This document shows positions 21,027 to 30,466 of a stretch of DNA of 42,561 bases, piece by piece. Numbering within the stretch: position 1 is the first letter of the stretch; each line of letters begins with the position of its first letter. The notes beneath the pieces were generated by a model, which saw nothing but the letters and a program-made list of their open reading frames with translations, was not told the DNA's origin and made no database searches. This DNA comes from an uncultured Collinsella sp. GTDB lineage: Bacteria; Actinomycetota; Coriobacteriia; Coriobacteriales; Coriobacteriaceae. The stretch covers positions 1 to 42,561 of the forward strand of contig UQPL01000001.1 of assembly GCA_900542895.1 (NCBI GenBank). Direction: 5' to 3'. Position numbers and translations under genes: made by a program.

Positions 21027-22586
21027 ATGACTAACAAGATCGGTAAAAAGCGCAAGATCACATTCTGGACGCGCTTGGGCTTTGGTATGGGCGGCATGCT
21101 CAACTCTGGTGCCCTGACCTTTACGCACAGCTACATGGTGCTGTTCCTGTCCACGGAGTGCGGTCTGTCCGCAGGCGAGGCTGCGTTGATCAGCTCGTTC
21201 GCCATCTATCTCAACGCCATTCTGTGCCCGCTCATGGGCTTTGTGGCCGATAACTTCTACGCTACCAAGATCGGCCGTATCTTTGGCCGCCGCCGTTTCT
21301 GGATCTTGCTGGCAATCCCGATGATGGTCGCCGAGCCGCTCATCTTTGTGGCTACGCCGTTTGGCTTCCCGTACTACTTCGCGCTGTACCTGATCTACAA
21401 CGTCGCGTATACGTTCTGCACCGCCAACCTGTCGCCGCTTACCATCGAGATGACCGACGACTTCAAGGAGCGTACGTACCTCACCGGCTACAAGCACCTC
21501 TTTGGTAACGCCGCCGGCTTCCTGATGGCAGCACTCGTCGGCTTTGGCTTTGGCACCTTCGGCGAGACCAACCCGTTCAGCTACTTCATCATCGCTACGG
21601 TCAACGCTTCGGTCATGGCAATCTCGCTGCTGTGCGTGTACCTGTCCACGTGGGAGCACACCCCCGAGGAGGTGGCTCAGGAGAAGATCGAGAGCGTCGG
21701 CGAGGGTATCAAGAAGTTCTTCATCGACGTTGTCTCCACCTTCCGCAATAAGTCCTTCCGCAAGGTCCTGTATGCACAGGTCTCCACGAAGCTCGCTGCT
21801 GCCTGCTGGTCTGCCTGCCTGTCCTTCTTCATCGTCTACTGCCTGCAGATTCCTAAGTCCTATGAGTCCGTGATGGAGATGCCCGGCAAGGTCGTCGCTA
21901 TCGTCTGCACCGCTATCTGGGTTGCCCTCATGGCCAAGAAGGGCTTCCACAAGTCTTGGTACCTGGCAAACGTCGGTTGCGCTGCGTGCATCATCGCCTA
22001 CAACTACTTCGCCTTTGGTCAGATCAACGGCACCTCCACGGTCGCCATCGCCATGATCGCCTACCCCATCATCTTCGCTATCTGGAAGTTCTTCTACGTT
22101 GGCTTTCAGTATCTGCCCGATGTTCTGCTCAACTACATCCCCGATGTCGATGAGCTCATCACCCTGCGTCGTCGCGAGGGCATCTACAGCTCCGCTCAGC
22201 AGCTCTGCCAGCAGATCGCCCAGGCTATCGCCGTCAACGCATGGGCTATCGTCCTTGCTGCCTCCGGCTTCATTCAGACCGCCGGTAACAGCGACGCCGT
22301 GACCCAGCCCGCCACCGTGCCTCTGTACATCTGCGGCTACATGCTTATCGGCTGCGCCGGCTTCTTCCTGCTCGCGGCTATCCTTGCCCGCGGCATCAAG
22401 ATCGACAAGGAGCAGTGCGACATCCTCTGCGACGAGATCAAGCGCGTCAAGGAGGGCGGCAAGATGGCCGACGTCCAGCCCGAGGTCAAGGCCCTTTGCG
22501 AGGAGCTCTCCGGCTTCAAGTACGAGGACTGCTTCGCTCACAACAACGTTGGCTTCCAGGACGGCAGCGTAATTCCCGCCGAGTAG
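21027..22586 (+). CDS. GPH/MFS sugar:cation symporter, probable oligogalacturonide transporter (TogT/RhiT-like)
   Basis: MGFVADNFYATKIGRIFGRRRFW, EMTDDFKERTYL, IPDVDELITLRRREGIY; pectin context. Confidence 0.85.
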   Translation: MTNKIGKKRKITFWTRLGFGMGGMLNSGALTFTHSYMVLFLSTECGLSAGEAALISSFAIYLNAILCPLMGFVADNFYATKIGRIFGRRRFWILLAIPMMVAEPLIFVATPFGFPYYFALYLIYNVAYTFCTANLSPLTIEMTDDFKERTYLTGYKHLFGNAAGFLMAALVGFGFGTFGETNPFSYFIIATVNASVMAISLLCVYLSTWEHTPEEVAQEKIESVGEGIKKFFIDVVSTFRNKSFRKVLYAQVSTKLAAACWSACLSFFIVYCLQIPKSYESVMEMPGKVVAIVCTAIWVALMAKKGFHKSWYLANVGCAACIIAYNYFAFGQINGTSTVAIAMIAYPIIFAIWKFFYVGFQYLPDVLLNYIPDVDELITLRRREGIYSSAQQLCQQIAQAIAVNAWAIVLAASGFIQTAGNSDAVTQPATVPLYICGYMLIGCAGFFLLAAILARGIKIDKEQCDILCDEIKRVKEGGKMADVQPEVKALCEELSGFKYEDCFAHNNVGFQDGSVIPAE

Positions 22587-22609
22587 GGCAGGCGCATCGT
22601 CCAAACCAC

Positions 22610-22654
22610 AGGGCCGTGCCACCGGAGATCCACCGGCGGGTGCGGCCCTTTTTT
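22610..22654 (+). terminator. Terminator-like hairpin between the transporter and GH28
   Basis: AGGGCCGTGCC...GGTGCGGCCCT followed by TTTTT. Confidence 0.65.
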
Positions 22655-22700
22655 AAAAACGAGTAGTATGAACTTCTGATTACATTTGAGGGAGAGACCC

Positions 22701-24296
22701 ATGGAGACGAACGTTATCTGGCGCAACGCCCGCGCGGCCGTTATTGAGCTCGACGACGGTGGCTACTTTACCTGTGCCGATACGTGGGAGATCTTTGTCA
22801 ACGATGAGCCCGTCGGTACCACGAATACGGTCGAGACCTATGTTGACGGCCTGGTTCCCGGCAAGCGCAACCTCGTCCGCTTTGTCTGCGGCGAGCGTGA
22901 GCTGAGTGTGGGCGTCACCACGCCCGCGGAGCCCTTTACCATCAATGTTCGCGACTGCGGCGCCAAAGGCGATGCCGAGCACGATGACACCACCAATATC
23001 CAGGCTGCCATCATGGCTTGTCCCAAGGGCGGGCGCGTGCTGATTCCCGCTGGCAACTACCGCATCAAGTCCCTCTTCCTTAAGAGCAATATCAACATCG
23101 AGCTCGCCGAGGGCGCGGTGCTGCTGGCCCGTCACGACCGCGCGGCGCTTGCCTACATTCCGGGCACGGTCACGGGTGACAAGGGCACCGGGTATGCCGG
23201 CACCGATATGCTGCCCCTGGGCCGCTGGGAGGGCGAGAGCTTTTCGACCTACTGTTCGACCTTTACGGGTCTGAGCGTGCACGACGTGTGCATCTATGGC
23301 CGCGGCGCCATCGACGGCCAGACCGATTTTGCCGAGGATAACTGGTGGAACAAGGACTTTAAGAATATCTTCCGCCCCGAGGAGGGCCGCGAGATCGCCC
23401 GCCCGCGCATGATCTTCCTGTCCGAGTGCCAAAACGTGAGCCTTGCCGGCTTTACCGTCCGCAACAGCCCGGCATGGAACATCCATCCCGTTCTGTGTGA
23501 GCACGTCGATGCGCTTTGCCTGTCCATCGAGGGTCCCAAGAACTCCCACAACACCGACGGCTTCGATCCCGAGAGCTGTGGCTTTGTTCGTATCCTGGGT
23601 TGCCAGTTCTCGGTGGGCGACGACTGCATCGCCATCAAGAGCGGCAAACTGGGCATTGAGCCCGAGCTTCGTCCCGCCACGCACGACGTGCTGATCTCGC
23701 ACTGCTACATGCACGACGGCCACGGCGCCGTGGTGCTGGGATCCGAGGCCGCCGGCGGCATCAAGGACCTCACCGTGAGCAAGTGCCTCTTTGAGCGCAC
23801 CGACCGAGGCCTGCGCGTCAAGACCCGCCGCGGTCGCGGCAAGGACGCCGTCAACGAGGGCATCACCTTTGAGCACATTCGCATGGACGAGGTGCTCACG
23901 CCTTTCGTGGTCAATTCGTTCTACTTCTGCGACAAGGACGGCAAGACCGACTACGTTCAGAGCCGCGAGGCGCTGCCCGTCGACGACCGCACGCCCGGGT
24001 TTGGCGCCACGACGTTCCGCGACATCGAGGCCACCAACTGCCACGCGGCCGCGGCCTATATCACGGGCCTGCCCGAGAGCAAGGTGACGCGCCTGACATT
24101 CCAGGATGTCCATGTGACCTTTGCCGCCGATGCCGAGCCCTTTGTGCCGGCCATGGCCTGTGGCGTGGAGCCGATGGTGCGCCAGGGCATCATCGCGCAG
24201 AACGTGAAAGTCCTCGACCTGCAAAATGTGGTGATTGAGGGTCAGGACGGAGATGAGCTGCAGCTCGAGAACGTCGATAAGATTGTCCGTTCCTAG
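22701..24296 (+). CDS. GH28 polygalacturonase, likely a cytoplasmic exo-enzyme, with a small N-terminal extra domain
   Basis: All four GH28 motifs: NTDG, GDD, GHG, RVKT; no signal peptide seen. Confidence 0.93.
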   Translation: METNVIWRNARAAVIELDDGGYFTCADTWEIFVNDEPVGTTNTVETYVDGLVPGKRNLVRFVCGERELSVGVTTPAEPFTINVRDCGAKGDAEHDDTTNIQAAIMACPKGGRVLIPAGNYRIKSLFLKSNINIELAEGAVLLARHDRAALAYIPGTVTGDKGTGYAGTDMLPLGRWEGESFSTYCSTFTGLSVHDVCIYGRGAIDGQTDFAEDNWWNKDFKNIFRPEEGREIARPRMIFLSECQNVSLAGFTVRNSPAWNIHPVLCEHVDALCLSIEGPKNSHNTDGFDPESCGFVRILGCQFSVGDDCIAIKSGKLGIEPELRPATHDVLISHCYMHDGHGAVVLGSEAAGGIKDLTVSKCLFERTDRGLRVKTRRGRGKDAVNEGITFEHIRMDEVLTPFVVNSFYFCDKDGKTDYVQSREALPVDDRTPGFGATTFRDIEATNCHAAAAYITGLPESKVTRLTFQDVHVTFAADAEPFVPAMACGVEPMVRQGIIAQNVKVLDLQNVVIEGQDGDELQLENVDKIVRS

Positions 24297-24391
24297 CTGG
24301 AATTGATGACCGGGGCCGCATTGCCGAAAAAATCGGCTATGCGGCCCTTGTACCATGCGGCCGCGCTACGCATCATAACGAGAAGGTATAC

Positions 24392-25200
24392 ATGCTCAAT
24401 AAAACGATTTGTGTCGGGGTCGATGGCTCGGATGCCGCGATCTCGTCCTATATTTTTGCTCCCACCGAGGATGCTTATGCCCTAGAACCCCGACCTGCAG
24501 TTTTGATTGTGCCGGGTGGGGGCTACGATCATATTTCGCCTCGAGAGGGCGAGCCGGTGGCGCTACGCTTACTTGCGATGGGGTATCAGGCTTTTGTTCT
24601 GGACTACTCGGTTGCGCCCGCCACCTATCCGCTTGCATTGCAAGAACTTGCACGGGCGGTCGATACCGTGCGAAGTCATGCGACGGAGTTTTGCGTCGAT
24701 CCCAATCGAATTACGGTCATGGGTTTTTCGGCGGGTGGGCATCTGGTTGGCTTGCTCGGGGCGCTTTGGGACCAATCCTGGCTTGCAGAGTCGATCGCGA
24801 CATCGCCTGAGTCGATTCGGCCTGACGCACTTTGCTTGGGCTATCCGGTCGTAAGCTCGGGGGCCTATGCCCATCGTGGCTCGTTTGAACACCTAACGGG
24901 TGCCGATGACGTTTTGGCTCAAAAGTTGTCGATCGAGAACATGGTTGGTGAAGGCTTTCCCCGTACGTTCTTATGGCATACCGCCGAGGATGCATCGGTG
25001 CCGTCCAAAATAGCCTTTTGCTTGCGCAGGCGCTTGCCGATCACGGGATTGGCTTTAGCTTACATATTTTTCCGCATGGAAAGCACGGAGCATCGCTCGC
25101 CACGGCCCAAACGGCATTTAAGGGTTGCGCCGAGCATATTCAGCCACAGGTTCAGGGCTGGCCTGAGCAGTTTGCCGCCTGGGAGCGTGATGGACGATGA
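24392..25200 (+). pseudogene. Alpha/beta-hydrolase esterase broken by a 1-bp frameshift near 25003
   Basis: Frame 1 has PGGGY, GFSAGGHL, LGYPV, WHTAEDASVP. The expected continuation VQNSLLLAQAL...LHIFPHGKHG is in another frame, which ends in a TGA overlapping the next ATG (ATGA 25197-25200). Confidence 0.8.
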
Positions 25201-27359
25201 ACGAAAGTATCTATACGCTGCGCGTTTCGAGGGCTGCGGAAGGAGCGTACCCAGCGATTTCCGATGCCTTGGCGGCAGTCGATCGGCTCTATCCGGATGC
25301 CGAGCAACCGGTGATGATTCGCATCGATCCGGGCGAGTATCGCGAGCGGGTCGAGATCCGTCGCCCACATGTGACGATTGAGGGAGAGACGGCCGACAGC
25401 GTGCGCATCGTTGGCTGCCTTGCGGCGCAGATGCCCTCGGAGGACGGCAGCGGCCAGGACGGAAAGCTCGGCACCTTCCGCACGTATACGGTGTTGGTCG
25501 ATGCCGATGACGTGACGCTTGCAAACCTCACGATCGAAAACGATGCGGGCGATGGACGCGAGGTCGGTCAGGCGATTGCCCTGTATGCCGATGGCGACCG
25601 TCTAGTCGTCGATGCCTGCTGCATTAAGGGGCACCAAGACACGCTGTTTTTGGGTCCGCTGCCGCCGCATGAGGTCAAACCGGGCGGGTTTATAGGACCC
25701 AAACAGTATGCGCCGCGCCGGGTGGGGCGCCAGTATTTTAGACGTTGCCGGATCGAGGGCGATGTCGACTTTATCTTTGGCGGCGCGCGTGCCTATTTTG
25801 AGGGGTGCGAGATTCGCTCACTCAACCGCGATATGGACGTGAACGGTTACGTGACGGCGGCATCGACGCCCGAGGGAGAGCCGTACGGCTTCGTGTTCCA
25901 CGGCTGTTCGTTTACAGCTCCGGATGACGTGGCGCCGGATTCGGTCTATCTGGGCCGTCCTTGGCGCGAGTGGGCGCAAACCGTGCTGATCGATTGCTGG
26001 CTGGGGCAACACATCAAGCGCGAAGGTTGGTGGGACTGGAATAAGCCGGCGGCGCACGAGAGGGCGCGCTATGTTGGCACAAGTCTGCATGGCCCGGCGG
26101 GTGATGCTGCTGGCTGGGCGCCGTGGACGCGCGAACTCGATGCGACGGCCGCTGCCCGGTACGCTCGCGAGCAGGTGCTTGCCGGTGCGGACGGCTGGGA
26201 CCCCGAGGGCGGCGATGGTGATGCGGTGGAGACCGCCAGTCTTTCCGATAGCGGCCGCACAGTGCATATCGACATCTATTACGAAGACGAACCGGCGCTT
26301 CGCGACCGTCTTAAGCGCGAGGGGCGTTCCGCCGCGTTTAAGGGCGCGACGCCCGGTGACTTTGAAGCATGGCAAATTGCGACGAGGGATCGTCTGTTTG
26401 ACCTGCTGGGCTTATCGATTATGGACCGTGTGCCGATTGAAGTGCGCGAGCTCGATCGGGTGCAGATTGCCGGCGGTATCGTGCGCACTCATGCGATGTT
26501 GCAGGTGGAGCGCGACGTTTGGATGCCGTTTTACCTACTGGAGCCGCAGGCGCCCAAGCTGGATGCGCACGGCTGCAAGCGCTGCTATATCTGCCCGCAT
26601 GGCCATCAGGGCGCAGGCGCCGCAAGTGTTGCGGGCGTAACGGGCGTGCCGGCGGTCGACGATGCCGTACGCAAGTTTAACTACGACTACGGCCTGCGTC
26701 TGGCGCGCATGGGCTATGTGACCGTCTGTCCCGATGCACGTGGCTGGGGGAGCCGTCGCGACTGGAAAGGCCAGGGCGACGACGAGAACAGTTATCTGCG
26801 CGGGACCTGCCTAAACCAGGCGCGCATGGCGGAGCCGCTGGGCCTTACGGTTGCAGGTCTCAACGCCTGGGACAACATGCGTCTGATCGATTACCTGGAG
26901 GCGCGCGGCGACATTGCCATGGACGACCTGGGCTGCTTTGGCTTTTCGGGCGGCGGATACATGACGTTGTACCTGGCGGCGCTCGACCCACGCGTGCGCA
27001 AGGCGTTTGTCTCGGGCTATCTGTACGGTGTCGACGATTCGCTGCTGCACCTCAACGGTAACTGCAGCTGCAACTATGTGCCGGGACTGTGGCGCCTGCT
27101 CGATATGGGCGATATCGCGTCGCTCATTGCACCACGCCCGCTGCTGGTGCAGAGTTGCGAGGGTGATCATCTCAACGGCGCCCGCGGACTTGCGAATGTT
27201 GATGAGCAGCTCTCCATCGTTCGGGACGCCTATGGCCTCGTGGGACATGCCGACGACCTGTTGCACGAGGTTTGCCCGGGCGGACACCATCTGGGCGTTG
27301 CGTACCTTGCCGAGGATATCGAATGGCTTGACGGGCATGCTGCCGGGGGCCGTTCCTAG
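25197..27359 (+). CDS. CE8 pectin methylesterase fused to a C-terminal alpha/beta-hydrolase esterase
   Basis: N-terminal PGEYRERV, QAIAL, QDTL, DVDFIFG, YLGRPW; C-terminal PHGH, PDARGWG, GFSGGG, LIAPRPLL, GGHH. Confidence 0.88.
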   Translation: MNESIYTLRVSRAAEGAYPAISDALAAVDRLYPDAEQPVMIRIDPGEYRERVEIRRPHVTIEGETADSVRIVGCLAAQMPSEDGSGQDGKLGTFRTYTVLVDADDVTLANLTIENDAGDGREVGQAIALYADGDRLVVDACCIKGHQDTLFLGPLPPHEVKPGGFIGPKQYAPRRVGRQYFRRCRIEGDVDFIFGGARAYFEGCEIRSLNRDMDVNGYVTAASTPEGEPYGFVFHGCSFTAPDDVAPDSVYLGRPWREWAQTVLIDCWLGQHIKREGWWDWNKPAAHERARYVGTSLHGPAGDAAGWAPWTRELDATAAARYAREQVLAGADGWDPEGGDGDAVETASLSDSGRTVHIDIYYEDEPALRDRLKREGRSAAFKGATPGDFEAWQIATRDRLFDLLGLSIMDRVPIEVRELDRVQIAGGIVRTHAMLQVERDVWMPFYLLEPQAPKLDAHGCKRCYICPHGHQGAGAASVAGVTGVPAVDDAVRKFNYDYGLRLARMGYVTVCPDARGWGSRRDWKGQGDDENSYLRGTCLNQARMAEPLGLTVAGLNAWDNMRLIDYLEARGDIAMDDLGCFGFSGGGYMTLYLAALDPRVRKAFVSGYLYGVDDSLLHLNGNCSCNYVPGLWRLLDMGDIASLIAPRPLLVQSCEGDHLNGARGLANVDEQLSIVRDAYGLVGHADDLLHEVCPGGHHLGVAYLAEDIEWLDGHAAGGRS

Positions 27360-27437
27360 GTCGTGGGCGTTGTTGCGGGCAAACGGTAATGACTGATGAG
27401 GCCAAAGGCCGCCGTGTGGGCGGGAAGGAGTATAAAT

Positions 27438-28109
27438 ATGAAACCGACGAAGACCTTGAGCGAGTCGACCATCTGCTGTTTTGGTGATTCGACCACGTGG
27501 GGCGACAATGGATGCGGCGCGGGCGGCAACGACATCTCCTGGACTTCGCATCTAGGAGCGCTGCTGGGTGGCGCAACTATCGAGAATTACGGCATCAAGG
27601 GATCGCGCATCGCCGTCAAGGCCGACCGTACCGATTCGTTTGTCGAGCGCTTGGACGGCATCGATCACGCGGCAGATGTCTACGTCGTCTTTGGCGGCGT
27701 CAACGACTTTAGCCGTAACGTGCCGCTGGGAGAGCTGGGCAGCACGGACGTGCATGAGTTCTACGGTGCGCTCGACTACCTGATTCGCGCTATCACGGCG
27801 CGTTCGCCTCAGGCAAAGCTGGTGTTTATGACGCCGTGCAAGACCAGCGGTAAACACGAGAAGGATATCCCGGCGAGCGATGAGCTCAACCATCTGGGCC
27901 TGACGCAGGTCGCCTACGTAAAGGCGATGCTGGAGGTCTGCGACTGCTACTCCGTGCCGGTGATCGACCTGTATGCGCAAAGCGGCATCAGCCCGTTTTT
28001 GCCGGAGCACCGCGAGCTCTACATGCCGGACGGTCTGCATTACAGCCCTTCCGGCTATGAGCGCCTGGCGCATCGCATCGCTGCGGGCCTCACCTCCGTT
28101 TGCCGCTAA
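27438..28109 (+). CDS. SGNH/GDSL-family esterase
   Basis: FGDSTT, GGVND and DGLH blocks; AAGGAG RBS. Confidence 0.88.
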   Translation: MKPTKTLSESTICCFGDSTTWGDNGCGAGGNDISWTSHLGALLGGATIENYGIKGSRIAVKADRTDSFVERLDGIDHAADVYVVFGGVNDFSRNVPLGELGSTDVHEFYGALDYLIRAITARSPQAKLVFMTPCKTSGKHEKDIPASDELNHLGLTQVAYVKAMLEVCDCYSVPVIDLYAQSGISPFLPEHRELYMPDGLHYSPSGYERLAHRIAAGLTSVCR

Positions 28110-28122
28110 AAGGCTGCCGTTC

Positions 28123-28189
28123 ACTGGGATTATAGGGTTAACGTTCACCCTATAATCCCAGTTCGCGTTATACTAAGGTTAACGTTCAC
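28123..28189. promoter_or_regulatory. Promoter/operators of the GH105 gene; the first operator is centred in a 40-bp palindrome
   Basis: GTTAACGTTCAC at 28137-28148 and 28178-28189; TATAAT at 28151 and TATACT near 28169. Confidence 0.8.
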
Positions 28190-28216
28190 CCATCATTTTT
28201 GTCAGAGGGGACAGCA

Positions 28217-29455
28217 ATGGGCTGCAATCAGATTCTGGACCGCTATATCGAGCAGTTGATCGAGACCTCTACGCCGCAGGCACCGGCCTGGAACATCGAA
28301 AAGCTCCGTGCCGGCAAGGAGAACACCTGGAACTATATCGATGGCTGCATGATCAAGGCGCTCATCGAGCTGTACGAGATCACGGGTGAGCAGCGCTACC
28401 TGACCTTTGCCGACGACTACATCGACTTTTTTGTCCAGGAAGACGGCACCATCAAGCACTATAAGCCCGAGGAGTACAACCTCGACAACGTCAACGCGGG
28501 CAAGACCCTCTATAAGCTCTACGATTTGGTGGGCAAGCCCAAATACCGCGCCGCTATGGACACCATTTACCGCCAGCTCGAGACCCAGCCGCGCACCAAA
28601 GAGGGCGTGTTTTGGCACAAGGCCGTCTATCCCAACCAGATCTGGCTCGACGGCATGTATATGGCGCAGCCGTTCTATATGCAGTACGAACTGAGCTTCC
28701 ACAACCGTCGTGCCTGCTCGGACAGCTTCCATATGTTCCAGGTCGTGCACGATCTGATGCGCAATCCCCTCAACGGTCTGTACTATCACGCTTACGACGC
28801 GAGCCGCAAGCAGTTCTGGTGCGATCCGGTCACCGGCCTTTCGGCCAACTTCTGGCTGCGCGCCGAGGGCTGGTTTGCCATGGCGCTCATCGACACCTGG
28901 GAGCTTATGCCGCCTTCGATGTCGGCCGAGAAGGACGAGATCCGCAAGATGTTCCACGATCTGATCGACGCCATGCTGCCGTATCAGGACGAGAAGACCG
29001 GCATGTGGCACCAGGTCATCAACCTGCCCAATATCGCCCCCAACTACCTGGAGGAGTCGGGCAGCGCCATCTTTGCCAACGCCATCATGAAGGGCGTGCG
29101 TCTGGGCGTGCTGGGCGAGCGTTACTACCAGTACGGCCGTCGCGCCTTCGATGGCATCTGCGAGACCTGCCTGTCCGAGCATGATGGCCAGCTGGCGCTC
29201 GACAACATCTGCCTGGTCGCAGGCTTGGGCAACACCGCACACCGCGAGGGCACGTTTGGTTACTACATGAGCGAGCCCGTGGTCAAAAATGATGCAAAGG
29301 GCGTCGCGCCGCTGGTGCTTGCCTATATCGAGACCATGCATCACGACAAGCTTGCCGGCAAGCGCGACCCGCTGGCCCCTTCGGGCGTGTGCTCTATCGA
29401 GGACCCGTTTGGCGGATACACCCCGGGCATCAACGCTCATAAGGGATGTGAATAG
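28217..29455 (+). CDS. GH105 unsaturated (rhamno)galacturonyl hydrolase (YteR-like)
   Basis: WNYIDG, YNLDNVNAGK, FWHKAVYPNQIWLDGMYMAQPF, LYYHAYD, NYLEESGSA, NDAKGV. Confidence 0.93.
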   Translation: MGCNQILDRYIEQLIETSTPQAPAWNIEKLRAGKENTWNYIDGCMIKALIELYEITGEQRYLTFADDYIDFFVQEDGTIKHYKPEEYNLDNVNAGKTLYKLYDLVGKPKYRAAMDTIYRQLETQPRTKEGVFWHKAVYPNQIWLDGMYMAQPFYMQYELSFHNRRACSDSFHMFQVVHDLMRNPLNGLYYHAYDASRKQFWCDPVTGLSANFWLRAEGWFAMALIDTWELMPPSMSAEKDEIRKMFHDLIDAMLPYQDEKTGMWHQVINLPNIAPNYLEESGSAIFANAIMKGVRLGVLGERYYQYGRRAFDGICETCLSEHDGQLALDNICLVAGLGNTAHREGTFGYYMSEPVVKNDAKGVAPLVLAYIETMHHDKLAGKRDPLAPSGVCSIEDPFGGYTPGINAHKGCE

Positions 29456-29456
29456 C

Positions 29457-30362
29457 ATGGGGGCTATTACTCCGGGCGTACGTTTGCACGACCTTCCGCA
29501 GGGAACCGTCGAGGAACGCATTCGCATGGCAGGCGAGCTGGGCTTTTCGTGCATTCAGCTGCCAAGCAAGGTGCTCTATGCATCGATGGGGATCGATCGA
29601 GGCGGTCTGACCCGCGAGCTTGCCGATCATTTGCGTGCGGTGCTCGACGAGGCGGGCGTTTCGGTCGCCGTGCTCGGCTGCTACAAGAATTTGGCGACGC
29701 CCGATCGCCAACAGCTCATGGATAACATTGCCGAGTACGAGGCATGCCTGAACTTTGCCCAGATGCTCGGCGGATGCCCGGTTGGCACCGAGACCGGTCG
29801 CCCCAATGCGCAGAACCGCGTTGCTGACGACCGCATGACCGATGGGGCACTCGAAGCGTTTACAGACGGGCTTGCACGCGTCTGCGATCGGGCCGAGGCC
29901 GTGGGCGGGCAAATTTTGATCGAGCCCGGTTGGAACGAGACGGTTAATACTCCGGACCGCTGCCGTGAGGTGCTGGAGCACGTCTCGAGCCCGTCGCTCG
30001 GCGTGATCTACGACCCGGTATCGCTGCTGCACCCCAGTGTCGTTGACGAAGCGCAGGAAATCACCGCGCGCATGCTCTACTTATGCGGCAGTAAGATCCG
30101 CGCGCTGCACGCCAAGGATTTTGAGGTCGTTGATAACGAGGACGAAGCCGGTTGGTGCGACGGTACGGGTTCACGTCTGGTGTGTCATGGCGTGGGCGAG
30201 ACGGGCCGCTATGACTTTGAGCCCGTAGTGGCCTGGGCGGCTGCCGCCTGCCCTGGGATTCCCTGCGTGGTCGAGAACAGTGTGCCGGCGACGGCGGCTG
30301 ACTGCCTGGCGACACTCGAGCACATGTCCGCTCGCTGCGGGGCTTCGCATCGCGAGTTATAG
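29457..30362 (+). CDS. Sugar phosphate isomerase/epimerase-family TIM barrel (xylose isomerase-like)
   Basis: GVRLHD, VLGCYKNL, VGTETG, LIEP, IYDPVS, LHAKDF, VVEN metal-binding pattern; starts 1 nt after the GH105 stop. Confidence 0.8.
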   Translation: MGAITPGVRLHDLPQGTVEERIRMAGELGFSCIQLPSKVLYASMGIDRGGLTRELADHLRAVLDEAGVSVAVLGCYKNLATPDRQQLMDNIAEYEACLNFAQMLGGCPVGTETGRPNAQNRVADDRMTDGALEAFTDGLARVCDRAEAVGGQILIEPGWNETVNTPDRCREVLEHVSSPSLGVIYDPVSLLHPSVVDEAQEITARMLYLCGSKIRALHAKDFEVVDNEDEAGWCDGTGSRLVCHGVGETGRYDFEPVVAWAAAACPGIPCVVENSVPATAADCLATLEHMSARCGASHREL

Positions 30363-30466
30363 CATTGGCTTTTGCTGTGTCGGCAGATTGAGATTACCTG
30401 TATAGGGGCGGCGGTGAAGGGTCTTTATCGTCGCCCCCATTGGATTGCATTAAAAAGGGGAGTTGC

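Noticed and set aside
24392..25381. 329-aa ORF as an intact protein
   Set aside because: After about 25003 it leaves the hydrolase frame, lacks the catalytic His and overlaps the CE8 gene by 185 bp.
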